A DNA stretch of 64,000 nt. Source: Octopus vulgaris. Lineage: Eukaryota. The notes beneath the pieces are model-generated. The model was not told where the DNA came from. It searched no databases and was given only the letters and a program-made list of their open reading frames with translations. Of this stretch, positions 1-11,963 are shown piece after piece. The translations under genes and the position numbers were made by a program. How positions within the stretch are numbered: position 1 is the first letter of the stretch; the number at the start of each line of letters is the position of its first letter. The stretch spans positions 86,056,001-86,120,000 of the forward strand of contig OX597824.1 in the NCBI GenBank assembly GCA_951406725.2, in the 5' to 3' direction.

Positions 1-69
1 CAGTTTCCCAGCCAAAAATACTTTGTTCACAAGAATAATGTAACTGGAAATGACATTATCTTTGGCTTA

Positions 70-440
70 AGCCATTAGACTGTGGCCATACTGGGGTACT
101 GCCTTGAAGGGTTTTAGCCGAATGAATCTTATTTTTTTAATTCTGAAAGCCTAGTGCTTATTTTATCGGTTCTTTTGCTGAACCGCTATGTTTCAGCGTT
201 GTAAGCACACCAATACAGGTTGTCAAGCAGTGATGGGAGACTAACACAGACACAAAGATAAACACACACACACACACGACGAGCTTCTTTCAGTTTCCAT
301 CTACCAAATCCATTCAGAAGGCTTTGGTCAGCCCTGGGCTATAACAGAAGACGCTTGCGCAAGGAACCACGCAGTGGGACTGAACCCAGAACCTTGTGGC
401 TGGGAAGCAAACTTCTTACCACACAGCCACGCCTGCGCCT
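70..440 (-). mobile_element. tRNA-derived SINE family A, diverged copy
   Basis: Matches the many copies elsewhere in the window (e.g. 45738-46188): head aggcgcagg..tggctgtgtggtaag on the minus strand, internal (CA)n. Confidence 0.8.
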
Positions 441-655
441 GTTGAAACAATTTAAATGACAAAAATAACCGTAACCACAATAGCATTAATAATACACACT
501 CGTTTTGTGAAGAAATGAATGGAAGGTTTGAATTGAGGGTTAGCAAAAACAGCCACAGCCGTACGTTGTTCGCTGGAGTAATGTCGAATAAACAAGCTCT
601 AGATAGCTGGTCTGGCGGAAATAAAATTAGTCTTGCAGGGCTATGTGACAAAATA

Positions 656-866
656 CAAGGAGCTGCTTAAAAGTTCCTGGCTTTGGGTTAAAGAAAATAC
701 AGGAGGATCAGTTATGATTTTATTCAACATATTCCTGTCTCAGTTTCACACACTTATTGCAACGGTCCTTCAGTTTTTCTAAGCCCTGTAGAACTCGGAA
801 GGTTGAGCCTTCAACCAGGCCTTTCGTAGTACCCTTAAAGCCAGGAATTTTTCAGCACCCCCTTCG
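656..866. mobile_element. Tc1/mariner-type MITE
   Basis: Imperfect TIRs caagggagctgcttaaaagttcctggc / gccaggaatttttcagcacccccttcg, flanked by TA on both sides. Confidence 0.75.
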
Positions 867-2184
867 TAAAGTGCAACCATATCGCAGTCCTTTACAGAAC
901 AGGGAAAGGGCATAATGTATCTCTGAATCTCAGAAGCCACAATGGGCTTTGTGGGCTTTCTTTGTGCCTACGAATGAGTAATTGCAAGCGGCTCTTACCG
1001 ATATGTAGAATATTTCTTCTTTCAGCCAGGTAGAAAGTACAAAACCGCTTACACTGTATTCAGAACTATGAGTGAAATGAAAAAGCAAGCCAAAGATATG
1101 TTACACACCTAGCCAGAGATGCATACCCCCAATATTTGGAGCAACGGGACACAAGTTAGGTAGATAATATTAACTCGCTGACCCTTGTCCCATTGCCATT
1201 TGTAGTACAGTAGGAACAGATGGTAAAGTAGCCAAGGAGAATTTGTTGTCGAGTGGGGGGGAGGGTCTTTGGATATATAATTCCTAATGATTATTCCATC
1301 TGAAAACCATGAGGCCATTCTGAAGTTGTGCTCTGTAGTGAGTGCAGATGGCAAAATAACGAGACTGATCATGCAGGACTGAAAAAATCCAGTTGGTATA
1401 CGTGTGACAGTAACTGCCCGCTGAGGGCTTTTTAACTGGTGGGATCAAAACTCTAAGAAGTGAGCAGCAGAAATTGCTTTAACATCATCAGACCTCAGAG
1501 CTGCTGTTGTTTGGGCATCATTCATCACAGATCCGGTAACGGTGAAAGAGGTCGCTTCATCCTCAGTTTCAAGAACCTTCTCTCCTGGCTATAACGATTA
1601 TTACCATTTATTGTCTTGCGATGGTGAGGAGGGGTTGAAAATTGAACAGGGACGGAAGCTTGTTGGGGACAGTGGAAACAAAAATGAGAAGACAAGATCC
1701 CCAAAAGAAGAATAGGCCTGAACAGAATTGAATGCAGAATAAAGAGCGGTTAATTCTTTCCTCGGGGATTTTAGAGTTGCAGGGGCCCATGGTCTGACTC
1801 AGAAGGTTGTATATTTTCTATTTTACTATATAAGATTTATATAATCATCTAATTAATTTATGTAATTTAAAATATTTTTCATGTTTTGATATTTTATATA
1901 ACATCTCTGTACCTCTCCTCGTTTGTATATAATAACTCAATTGTACCTTATACGCTCTTGCAACCTGAACGGGTTCTTGTGGCAAAAATATAAATTATCA
2001 TTTGCTACTGCCGAGGTTGCCTTTCATCCTTTCGGGATCGATAAAATAAGGACCAGTTGAGCACTGGGGTCAATGTAATCGACTTGCCCCCTCACTCCAA
2101 ATTTCAAGCATTGTGCCTATAATAGAAAGGGTCATTATTATTTTAGCAGTTTTTAATATTATTTTAGGGTAGTTCACAGATTTG

Positions 2185-2623
2185 GGATCTTTTCGGTTTG
2201 ACTGGCAGTTTTTTAAAATAATTTCCACGTAACTAAACACTTTTAAACTTCGTATACTGGTAGAATGTGTTTATAAAACATCTTTTTCTCTTGGCTTTAT
2301 TGAGAAAATTCTATAGTTTGTAAGATATTTGTTGTTGTTTTTTCTTCAATTTCTGCAATTTCAACCAATCAATGGCATCTGTTGAGGTGAAAACATTCTG
2401 TGCCATATGAAAATGTCCCTCGTTTAAGAAACAGATTGGGTTCATTTACATTTCTGAAGAAAAAAAAATACCCTTTCCCTACCCCTAACCCTAACTAACC
2501 CAAACTCTAACCCTAACCCTAAAATAGATTGAAATGCAATAGATCGATACGAGGGTCATAATTATGGGTGACAATTTCATATGACACTGCTAGAAAAAAC
2601 TGCCGTTCAAACCGAATAGATCC
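2185..2623. mobile_element. GGATC-ended MITE (Merlin-like) with internal CCCTAA repeats
   Basis: TIR ggatcttttcggtttgactggcagtttttt / aaaaaactgccgttcaaaccgaatagatcc; exact 8-bp TSD cagatttg (2177-2184, 2624-2631). Confidence 0.85.
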
Positions 2624-3425
2624 CAGATTTGACTGAGTATCGGAAAAATTTGTCTTGCAGCATTTGTTACGACTCTTTACATTTTGAGTGTAAATCCCAA
2701 TAAAATAAAGTACCAGTCAACTACTGAGATCGACAGCATCCACTTTCCCCCCCCCTCCCCTCAAAAATTTTTGGCCTTGTGCCTAAATTAGAAACAATCA
2801 TTTCAGCAGTTATTTCGAGCAGAGGCGGAAGTAGTGTGGTCAAAAATCTGACTAAATGACTTGTCTGATGTTAATTTGGGACACGGGTTGTAGATGGGGG
2901 AGAAAAAGTTGTGTCCTCTGACTCAGTTTCCGCTGTTCACTAACCGTGAAAGGACAATCTCAGTCAATTATTATTTAACTGCTGTTGTTACCAGGGAGGT
3001 GGTCTATTTATGTATCGTATAAATGTAATGCATGTGTATAAGTTAACTATTATATAAATATAGTCTGTTCGTGTATTACGTATTTTGTGAATGTACAAAA
3101 TCCGTGCAAATCAATTATTTCTAGTCTGTGTGTATCATATTCAAATCTGCTTAATGTTTGTGTGTGCTCATAACCAGGATGTCAATAAGTCGAGTTATAA
3201 ACAGTATTAAGTAAGACCTGACATACTAACGAAACAGGATTTTGGATAAATTGAAGTAATCATATCGTTTTAGCTCTCAAAAGTAAACTAGTTTCACCAC
3301 AGATTTTACCTCTTTGTTATGAGGGAAGGCGGAGATTGATTTGCTTATTACCATCCTTGTTTGACCTTCTTGATAGAAAAAAACACTTACATTCTACCTA
3401 TTTACAGATCGGTAAGAGAAAGAAT

Positions 3426-3816
3426 GGAATCTATGGAAGCACTCCGTCGGTTACGACGACGAGGGTTCCGGTTGATCCGATCAACGGAACAGCCTGCTCG
3501 TGAAATTAACGTGTAAGTGGCTGAGCACTCCACAGACACGTGTACCCTTAACGCAGTTCTCGGGGATATTCAGCGTGACACAGAGAGTGACAAGGCCGGC
3601 CCCTTGAAATACAGGTACAACAGAAACAGAAAGTAAGAGTGAGAGAAAGTTGTGGTGAAAGAGTACAGCAGGGATCACCACCATCCCTGCCGGAGCCTCG
3701 TGGAGCTTTAGGTGTTTTCGCTCAATAAACACTCACAACGCCCGGTCTGGGAATCGAAACCGCGACCCTACGACCGCGAGTCTGCTGCCCTAACCACTGG
3801 GCCATTACGCCTCCAC
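3426..3816 (-). mobile_element. tRNA-derived SINE family B, full length
   Basis: Minus-strand head gtggaggcgtaatggcccagtggttagggcagcagactcgcggtcgtagggtcgcggtttcgattccc with A/B-box-like motifs; 12-bp TSD aagagaaagaat (3414-3425, 3817-3828). Partial copies near 26815, 38915 and 44800-44990. Confidence 0.88.
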
Positions 3817-4480
3817 AAGAGAAAGAATACTCCCATCTTATCCACAGAGAGAAGATTGGTAGCTTACAACTTATTTATAGTGTATACAAGATGATTTGAG
3901 AAATTCATTTACTGTAAGCTACATAGATCGCAGCACTGAATTCTTTGTTGCAAACGCGAATTCTTAATTATTAAAATGACTGAAAACTGCCCCAAACAAT
4001 AAAAGGAGGGCTATATTCGCCTTTTGCCCTTCCTCTATTAACTAGCGTTTCGACTACTAACTTGGTAAGAGAGGAAGTTGTTTATGAGAATGAACAAGGT
4101 TTACTCAGTTTTATCTGTTGAATATAGTCAATTGTATACTGTCTAAGCTATCGAATAAGTGTTACATTGTTACATGCAATTTTTTGTTGGATATAGCCTT
4201 CAGATAAGGTTTCTATTGTAACATAAACATTATTCAACCAAACTGCACTTATCGTGATCAGAAAACTGACTACGTTAATATAAGCCACTCACTTCATAAT
4301 GGATCGTCTGCTTTGACTTGAGCTGAACAGCTCAATGTCGATTCCAGCTCAGCAATGACTGATAAATAATAGAAACGTTAGTTTAAAGCTTTCGAAATTT
4401 TTGTTAGTTTTACTTCAAGTCAATTTAAATAAGTTTGGTCTCATAACGTTGAGTCATCAGAGATACGAAATTATCATAGA

Positions 4481-4871
4481 ACTAGCAGTATCGCCCGGCG
4501 TTGCTCGGGTTTGTCTCGACCCTTTAGAATTGGAATTTTTGAAAAGTAAAATTTTTGCATTATGTAGCTTGTTATTCTCTTTAAGTGAACAATTTTCTGG
4601 TTGAAATACACCGAAAATGGCGACACAGCAGTCAAAAAATCGTAAAAAATAGGGATTTTCGTAGAAAAACACCTTTTTGATGTAAATAATTTTTGGTCTT
4701 AACATGGTCCGATTTGGATTTTATCTTCTACGGAATGAAGAGCAAGCCTTCTCCTATCATACTCTCAATTTTGGTCAACTTGCGCCGCAGGGTCTCAGAG
4801 GAGATAGTGTTAGTTGAAGGCTACCATACCTGCCATACACAGACAACTTCAGCTTCATATATAGAGAGATA
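4481..4871 (-). mobile_element. Non-autonomous Helitron, family H1
   Basis: On the minus strand: 5' TC-(TA)n start, 3' hairpin cccgagcaacgccggg followed by CTAG/T. Near-identical to 5088-5481 and 40986-41383. Confidence 0.8.
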
Positions 4872-5087
4872 TATTACTTTTGAAAATGTCATAAGTGCTT
4901 CACAAACTATACATAAAACTCAGAATGAAGTTTTTGCGCGCTCTTTTTACACTTCTGTGGCAGCAGATCGGAGAGTCGTTAAAAGAATATATCGAAACCC
5001 TAACGACTTCATGAAAACGATTGTAACTTTCAGTTTGTGACCATTGCTCTACGCTGTGAAAGTCAGTTTGACGTTGTTTTATCAGGG

Positions 5088-5481
5088 ACTAGCAGTATCG
5101 CCTGGTGTTGCTCGGGTTTGTTTCGACCTTTTAGAATTGGAATTTTTTGAAAAGTAAACATTTTGCATTATGTAGCTTGTTATTCTCTTTAAGTGAACAT
5201 TTTTCTGATTGAAATACACCGAAAAATGGTGACACAGCAGTCAAAAAGTCGTAAAAAATAGGGATTTTCATAGGAAAAAAAACACCTTTTTGATGTAAAT
5301 AACTTTTAGTGTTAACATGGTCCGATTTGAATTTTTTCTTCTACAGTAGGAAGAGCAAGCCTTCTTCTATCATACTCTCAATTTTGGTCAACTTGCGCTG
5401 CAGGGTCTCGGAGGAGATAGTGTTAGTTGAAGGCTACCGAACCTGCCACACGCAGACAACTTCAGCTTTATATATATAGAT
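5088..5481 (-). mobile_element. Non-autonomous Helitron, family H1
   Basis: Second copy, same termini as 4481-4871. Confidence 0.8.
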
Positions 5482-6100
5482 TTGGAATTATTGTTGATCC
5501 ATCAGCATTACTCTCCTGAAGATCGCAAAATTATAGAAAAAGAAATTCAATGGTTGCTAAGAGAGGGATTAATTCAGCTCAGTAAATCCTCTTGGCATGT
5601 ACAGGTTATAAAAAACGAAACATTTTCAGTTCTTGACGAGAATCTTATTGATGACATAGGGAATAATGTTGCTTGATTTACGTGACGATCAACAATACAC
5701 TGCATCCAAAGCCTGAAGAAGCTTCTACAATTTACTGGAGTCGCCTTTTGAGGTGACAAATAGTGATTTGTTTCTTGTGCATTATGAATTTTAGTTATCT
5801 AGGATGAAAAACTAGTTGGAACTTTTGCATACTTGGACAGCCATCTATATACTTTGACACAGAAAGACCACGATACTAATACTCAAATATTCGTTACGGT
5901 AACAAAACGAAAGAATAATTATTATAGCGAGGGTAAATGTGTTTTCGGCTGAAAGACTGAGCGTCTTTGGTTATGTAGTTGAGAACAGAAATGCGTCCGA
6001 ATCCTGACCGACTCCAGCCTCTACGAGATCTATTGTTCCTTAGAATATTAAGTTACTTTGCAAAAATGTTGGCCTTTTACCCTATTATTCTGAAAGAATA
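5482..6100 (+). pseudogene. Degenerate Ty3/Gypsy reverse transcriptase fragment
   Basis: YSPEDRKIIEKEIQWLLREGLIQLSKSSW, FAYLD and MRPNPDRLQPLRDL resemble Gypsy RT blocks; many stops and frameshifts. Confidence 0.75.
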
Positions 6101-6156
6101 TATATTATATATTCAATGCATAGATGTTTATTCGTCCTTTGAGTATTACAAGTTAA

Positions 6157-6397
6157 GGATCTTTTCGGTTTGAACGGCAGTTTTTAACATAATTTCTAGG
6201 TAACTGAAAAAAATTTAAACTTCGTATACTGGTAGAATGTGTTTATAAAACATCTTTTTCTCTTGGCTTTATTGAGAAAATTCTATAGTTTGTAAAATAT
6301 TTGTTGTTTTTCTTCTTCAATTTCTGCAATTTCAACCAATCAGTGACGTCGTTGGGTTTATTTACATTTGTGAAGAAAAAAAGATACCCTTCCCCCG
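6157..6397. mobile_element. Truncated copy of the GGATC-ended MITE
   Basis: One TIR (ggatcttttcggtttgaacggcag) plus body matching 2185-2623; other end missing. Confidence 0.75.
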
Positions 6398-6695
6398 ACC
6401 AAGAAAACTAATGATGGTCTGTCTGCAGGGCCCTGTCTAAAAAATAGAATTGTTGACATCTCTACGGCATAGAAACTTATTCAAATCTACAGATTTTATT
6501 GCAAATATTGTAAATTTCTATATTATTCCCCTCAACATTAAAACAACATTTTTTTAGCACTCTGTATCTCATACATAAAGCAGATACATCATTGAAAGCC
6601 TGATGAACAGTTGTATTATCTCGAAATAGCATCTCTTATCGACTTCCAGTGTTAAAAAAAAAAAAAGAACCAGAAAATCGTCCTTTGGCGTTGTT

Positions 6696-7253
6696 GGCAT
6701 TGCTGAATACGTATTTCTGCTGCTTTCGGCATCGTCAGTAACGAGTATCATCTACTGGCAACCACATACATACTAAGACAAAATCAGTCATTACTGATAC
6801 AGTAAAACCGTTATAGAAAAATCACTGATGTTGCAATTAGCCGGCAGGCAAAATAAAATTTTGTTATGAGCGGCAGAAGCAGTACTAGTTCAAAATAGCA
6901 ATCTGTGTATCATACTTAAACTTTTATTTTGATTTTTTGACCAACATAACTGAATATTTTCTCTTTTCCTTCATTGCTGAATACGTATTTCTGCTGCTTT
7001 CGGCTTCGTCAGTAACAAGCATCTACTGGCAACAACATACATACTAAGACAAAACCAGTCATTACTGATGCAGTAAAACCGTTATTAAAAAAATCACTGA
7101 TGTTGCAATTAGCCGGCAGGTAAAATAAAATTTTGTTATGAGCGGCAGAAGCAGTACTAGTTCAAAATAGCAATCTGTGTATCATACTTAAACTTTTATT
7201 TTGATTTATTTTTATTTTTTTGACCAACATAACTGAATATTTTCTCTTTTCCT
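6696..7253. repeat. Tandem duplication of ~275 bp (2 copies)
   Basis: cattgctgaatacgtatttctgctgctttcggc...aactgaatatttttctcttttcctt occurs at ~6696-6971 and ~6972-7253 with few differences. Confidence 0.9.
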
Positions 7254-7324
7254 TAGTTTTAAAGCTTCCAGCGTTTCCAACGACAACTATCTACAAAATT
7301 TCTCAGGTTTCTATTTCGTCATCG

Positions 7325-7355
<31 letters not shown>

Positions 7356-9289
7356 TACTGCTATTACTACACAGTAGGAAATTGGTTTGTCTCTTCAAGT
7401 CATCCTTCACTATTTCCTTCTCATATCTTCCGTTTAAACGCATCGATAAAAGCAATCCATCTATTAAACGCCCTCCCTACCCAAACTCCTTCCATGCTCT
7501 AAATAACATCTTTGTTCACAAAGTCTCCTTCCTCCCTCCCCCGCCTCTCTCCTTTCTCTCTCTTCCTTTCTCTCCCTCTCTCCACAATTGTTTCAAGGCC
7601 ATTTCGTTGGCATACTTCGCACTATCTTTGCTCTCGTCTTCCTTCCGCATTTTTCTAGTTTTCTGGGATATGTTTGTGTGCGTTTACACCTGTGTGTGTG
7701 TGTGTAACCGTGCGAGTTAAAATAATATGCGTTTATTCAGTCGACTGTATGTGTATTCATTTGCTCATATGTATGCGTTTATGTGTGCGTGCACGTAGCT
7801 ATTCCTATACGTGTGTATGCATTTATTTTCTACGTGTGTATATAGGTATATACGTGCGTTTCAGTATTTTTATGTGTGTGCCTGTGTTTCTTCTTTTATA
7901 CATTATAGTATATATTGATTTCAGTTGTTACCTCGGAAATTCAAAAACATTATTGAAATAAATTAAATAATAACATACGAAGAAGAGAGAAATTCCGAAC
8001 TAAGAATAAAATAATTATAATTTCTGCATTTTTTTAAAAACACGTGTAGTCATATTGTTATTGTAAAGATGTTTGTTGTTATCATTGAGATAATTTGGGC
8101 CAACAGGTTAAAAATGCATTGCTATATTCAATCACTTTCTTTTCTTTACATTCCGAGTTGGGATCCCATCAGTACGGACTTGGCTTTTCATCTTTCTCGA
8201 GTTGATTAAATAAAGTACCAGTGAGATTTACGGTATTGTGCAGGACCGGATTAAAACCCATAGGGGCCCGAAGCAGTTAAAAGATTTTGGTGTCCCCTTG
8301 TCACGTTTCGGTTAGGCGGTATTGACAGGTCACAAAAATGATGAAATATTAATGTCTATCGCTTCTGTAGCGGGACCTAATGCTAGTTATCAAGCTTGTC
8401 TGTGACCTCCAGATGTTTTAACACCAGGTGACTTCATGAGAATATATTCTCTTATGCCTATAAGCGCAGCCTGCCCACGAACTGGCAAAACACAAACCTT
8501 GTGTATGTGTGTTCGATATTATATCACTGTGATCGCCGTGACCGACCAGGCTATCAGATGTCGTTACACATCGTTGGTCACAATGCGCTTCGTATTGTTT
8601 TAGCCTTCAAATGACACCACCCCGCTGGCTAAACGAGTAGGCCAACAGAAGAAACAGTAAGAGAAAGTTGTGGCGAAAGAGTACAGCAAGGATCGCCACC
8701 AAAAGAGACCGATAGAATAAGTACTGGGCTTACAAAGAATAAGTCCTGGGGTCGATTTGCTCGGCTAAAGACGGTGCTCCAGCATGGCCACAGTCAAATG
8801 ACTGAAACCAGTATAAAAGAGTAAGTACTGGGGGTCAACTTATTCAACTAAAATTCTCCAAGGCAGTGCCCCAGCATGGCCACAGTCTAATGACAGAAAC
8901 CAGTAAAAGAGAGTAAAAGAGTATATATATAGTTAGTTGTTGATGGAAGCATGATGTAGTTGGCATATGGAGTTATGCGTGCATGTATAATAGTCGTAAT
9001 GTGTTTGTAAAGATTGCGATAACACCATTTACGCGTATTCTAGATGCTTGCCTGTCTTGTCTCTTTCTTTATTTACAAACTTCTTCTTCTTAAGACTATC
9101 TTCTGTTCCAGCTATTACAACATTCAGTGGTGAAGATGTATCTGACTTTTATTCATTTATTTAAAATTTCCAACTCAGTTGTTGGTATCGAGAAAAGCAG
9201 TGGAGCAGTAAAAAAAAAAAATTAGAGCATTAGACTAAATGCCTTTCAGCATTTAAGTTCTACATTCCAACTGCATTCTGAGATCAATA

Positions 9290-9326
<37 letters not shown>

Positions 9327-9704
9327 GTATATATATGTGAGAGAGAGAATTAGTGAGGAAGATGTATAGATACTCTGCTACAACCATCTTAGTGAGCATA
9401 TGCTTCTACGATAAAGTCTTTTCGACGAGTGTACATACCCTTATGCTGTTCGTTCTGTGAACACGGTACATTGTTCTTTCCATGAACCGAACTTTCATAT
9501 GGTCGCTCGAAATGCTGAAAATAGCAGCCGTATTTCGATAATGTAGTCTTAGACAAATATTTTTATTTATTGCCCACAAGGGGCTAAACACGGAGGGAAC
9601 AAACAAGGACAGACAAACGGATTAAGTCGATTACATCGACCCCAGTGCGTAACTGTTACTTTATTTATCGACCCCGAAAGGATGAAAGTCAAAGTCGACC
9701 TCGT

Positions 9705-9932
9705 ACAAAATAGGGATTTTCATAGGAAAAAAGCACCTTTTTGATGTAAATAATTTTTGGTGTTAACATGGTCCGATTTGAATTTTTTCTTCTACGGAAT
9801 GAAGAGCAAGCCTTCTTCTATCATACTTTCAATTTTGGTCAACTTGCGCCGCAGGATCTCGGAGGAGATAGTGTTAGCTGAAGGCTACCAAACCTGCCAT
9901 ACACAGACAACTTCAGCTTTATATATATAGAT
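9705..9932 (-). mobile_element. Truncated Helitron H1
   Basis: Matches the TC-(TA)n half of 4481-4871; abuts a SINE fragment at ~9560-9702. Confidence 0.75.
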
Positions 9933-9944
9933 AATAAATAAAAG

Positions 9945-10745
9945 GTTTAAATTGCGAGTGACTTCGTCGACAGATTTCTGGAATGTATTAGCACCTTTCC
10001 GAAGACCAAAATACATTTTAAGAAATTCGAAAAGTCCAAAAGGAGTAGTTATGGCTGTTTTAGGAAGATCAGTAGGTTATATAGAAGTCGTATTACAGGC
10101 GCATGCTTAATCGATTTTTGAAAAAGACAGTACAACCATGTAAAGAAGCTGCGGTGATAATTGCAAGTGTGACGGCTTTTGCTTCCTTTGATCTTCTTGT
10201 CTTGGTCCTAGTTATGATGGGCTGATGCTCAAGCACCGAGTCGGGTTGATTTTAACGGCTTTTGCTGGCTATAGAATCAAATTTGCGTTGGCCTTTTACC
10301 GATAACAACAACGATAATTACATACTAGGAGATGGATACTGCTTAGAGTTTACGGCAAGCTATCGATACCACAACCTGAAACTTGCCCGTCATAACTGGA
10401 AACAATTGTGTTACATTCGGGGCGACGGAAGTTCAAGTCACTTATCTGCGCCATCTGTCTTAGCCGTCTTCGTGGGTCATCTGGCTGGTGAAAATGCGCG
10501 CCGGTTTTTATTGGGGACTGGAAGTCAAATTTTAGAATATTCAAGAAAACCTGCTCACGCCATCGCTTCATGCTAGTTGGTCAGTTAATAGACCGATCAC
10601 GTAAAACTATGGTGGTTTGCTCGTGATTCTGGCCTCGTATCTAGGGATTCAGTTTCCACTTGTCTGGTGTTATTAATCATTCTTAACTTAGCCAATTTCC
10701 ACGGATGTAATCTTTTATCGAACTCACGACCCTCGAAACACTTAA
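9945..10745 (-). pseudogene. Degenerate Ty3/Gypsy pol (protease-RT) fragment
   Basis: Minus strand reads FSKID*...PKTAITTPFGLFEFLKMYFGLRKGANTFQKSVDEV, a typical Gypsy RT block; upstream SPIKTGAHF..DPRRRLR resembles the protease C-terminus. Left (RT) part is firm; right boundary uncertain. Confidence 0.8.
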
Positions 10746-11552
10746 AGAGAACAACAGATGGAAATGTACTTTATTTTTTCTTATAAAATTGTAAACAGTG
10801 TTTGGTGGGAGAGAAAGAATTGGTTAAAAGAAAAAAAGTGATAGCCCTTCTTTCTCCAGCACCAAATTTTTTATTTTATTTTCTTAACATATGTTTGTAT
10901 TTAAAATGAGTGTGAACTATTTCTGTATAGATGTGTAACTCCGTGCAGCCCTACCGAAGAACCTCTCTCAAATGTATGATCACCATCTGTCTGAAAGTCC
11001 GTTCATTATCTGGCAAGCATTCCCGCCCCCGTTTCATTCAAGAAACAGCGCTACTTATCTACTGTTATTTCAGTATATTGGTATTAGTTGTTGTTAAACC
11101 CCGAGTCGGCACTGGTCGAGCAAGCTCTAGATCAAAGCATTCCATCCATCACCATCGTGTTTTTTTTTATCTCAAATATAGTGTATTTTAGACAGTACTA
11201 TCAAATCTTTCTTTTTTTTTAAGACGGTAGAACGTATACAACAAGAGATTTGCTTGATATTTCTAGCAAGTTAAGCTCTCATTGGTTCAGTTTGAGCTGG
11301 TAAGATGAATTAGGTCACATGTAATTCTAATTAAAGTAGATTGGGAATAAACATTTGTTAGATAATAGGGTGTAGTCTCGTCTCAGACATTTTTTAAAAT
11401 AGACCTACTGTCCTCGACTTATCGTTTTATCATATTTATTAATCTGTTTGTCAAAATATCCTAATTTTCATTGTGGACAGAGCTCAGGCTGCACGTCTTG
11501 TATTCCAATGTTTGATGTGTGAGGAGTATCATGCGGAATATAAAGGCTCTTT

Positions 11553-11963
11553 GGATCTTTTCGGTTTGAACGGCAGTTTTTTCTAACGGTATCATATGAA
11601 ATTGTCACCCGTAATTATGACCCTAGTATCGATCTATTGCATTTCAATCTGTTTTACAGTTAGGGTGGGGGGAAGGGTATCTTTTTTTCTTCAGAAATGT
11701 AAATAAACCCAATCTGTTTCTTAAACGAGGGACATATTCATACGGCACAGAATGTTTTCACCCCAAATGGACGTCATTGATTGGTTGAATTGTAAGATAT
11801 TTGTTGGGTTTTTTTCTTCAATTTCTGCAAACTATAGAATTTTCTCAATAAAGCCAAGAGAAAAAGATGTTTTATAAACACATTCTACCAGTATACGAAG
11901 TTTAAAAGTGTTTAGTTACGTGGAAATTATTTTAAAAAACTGCCGGTCAAACCGAAAAGATCC
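11553..11963. mobile_element. GGATC-ended MITE (Merlin-like), opposite orientation to 2185
   Basis: TIRs ggatcttttcggtttgaacggcag / ctgccggtcaaaccgaaaagatcc; exact 8-bp TSD ggctcttt. Confidence 0.87.

Noticed and set aside
3730-3816. tRNA gene-like sequences (also 26815-26890, 27700-27780, 44920-44990)
   Set aside because: They are heads of dispersed SINEs with bodies (and a TSD in the 3426-3816 copy), not stand-alone tRNA cloverleafs.
8938-9122. Possible solo LTR (tgttg..caaca)
   Set aside because: Only 5-bp terminal match, no TSD and no second copy in the window; not supportable.
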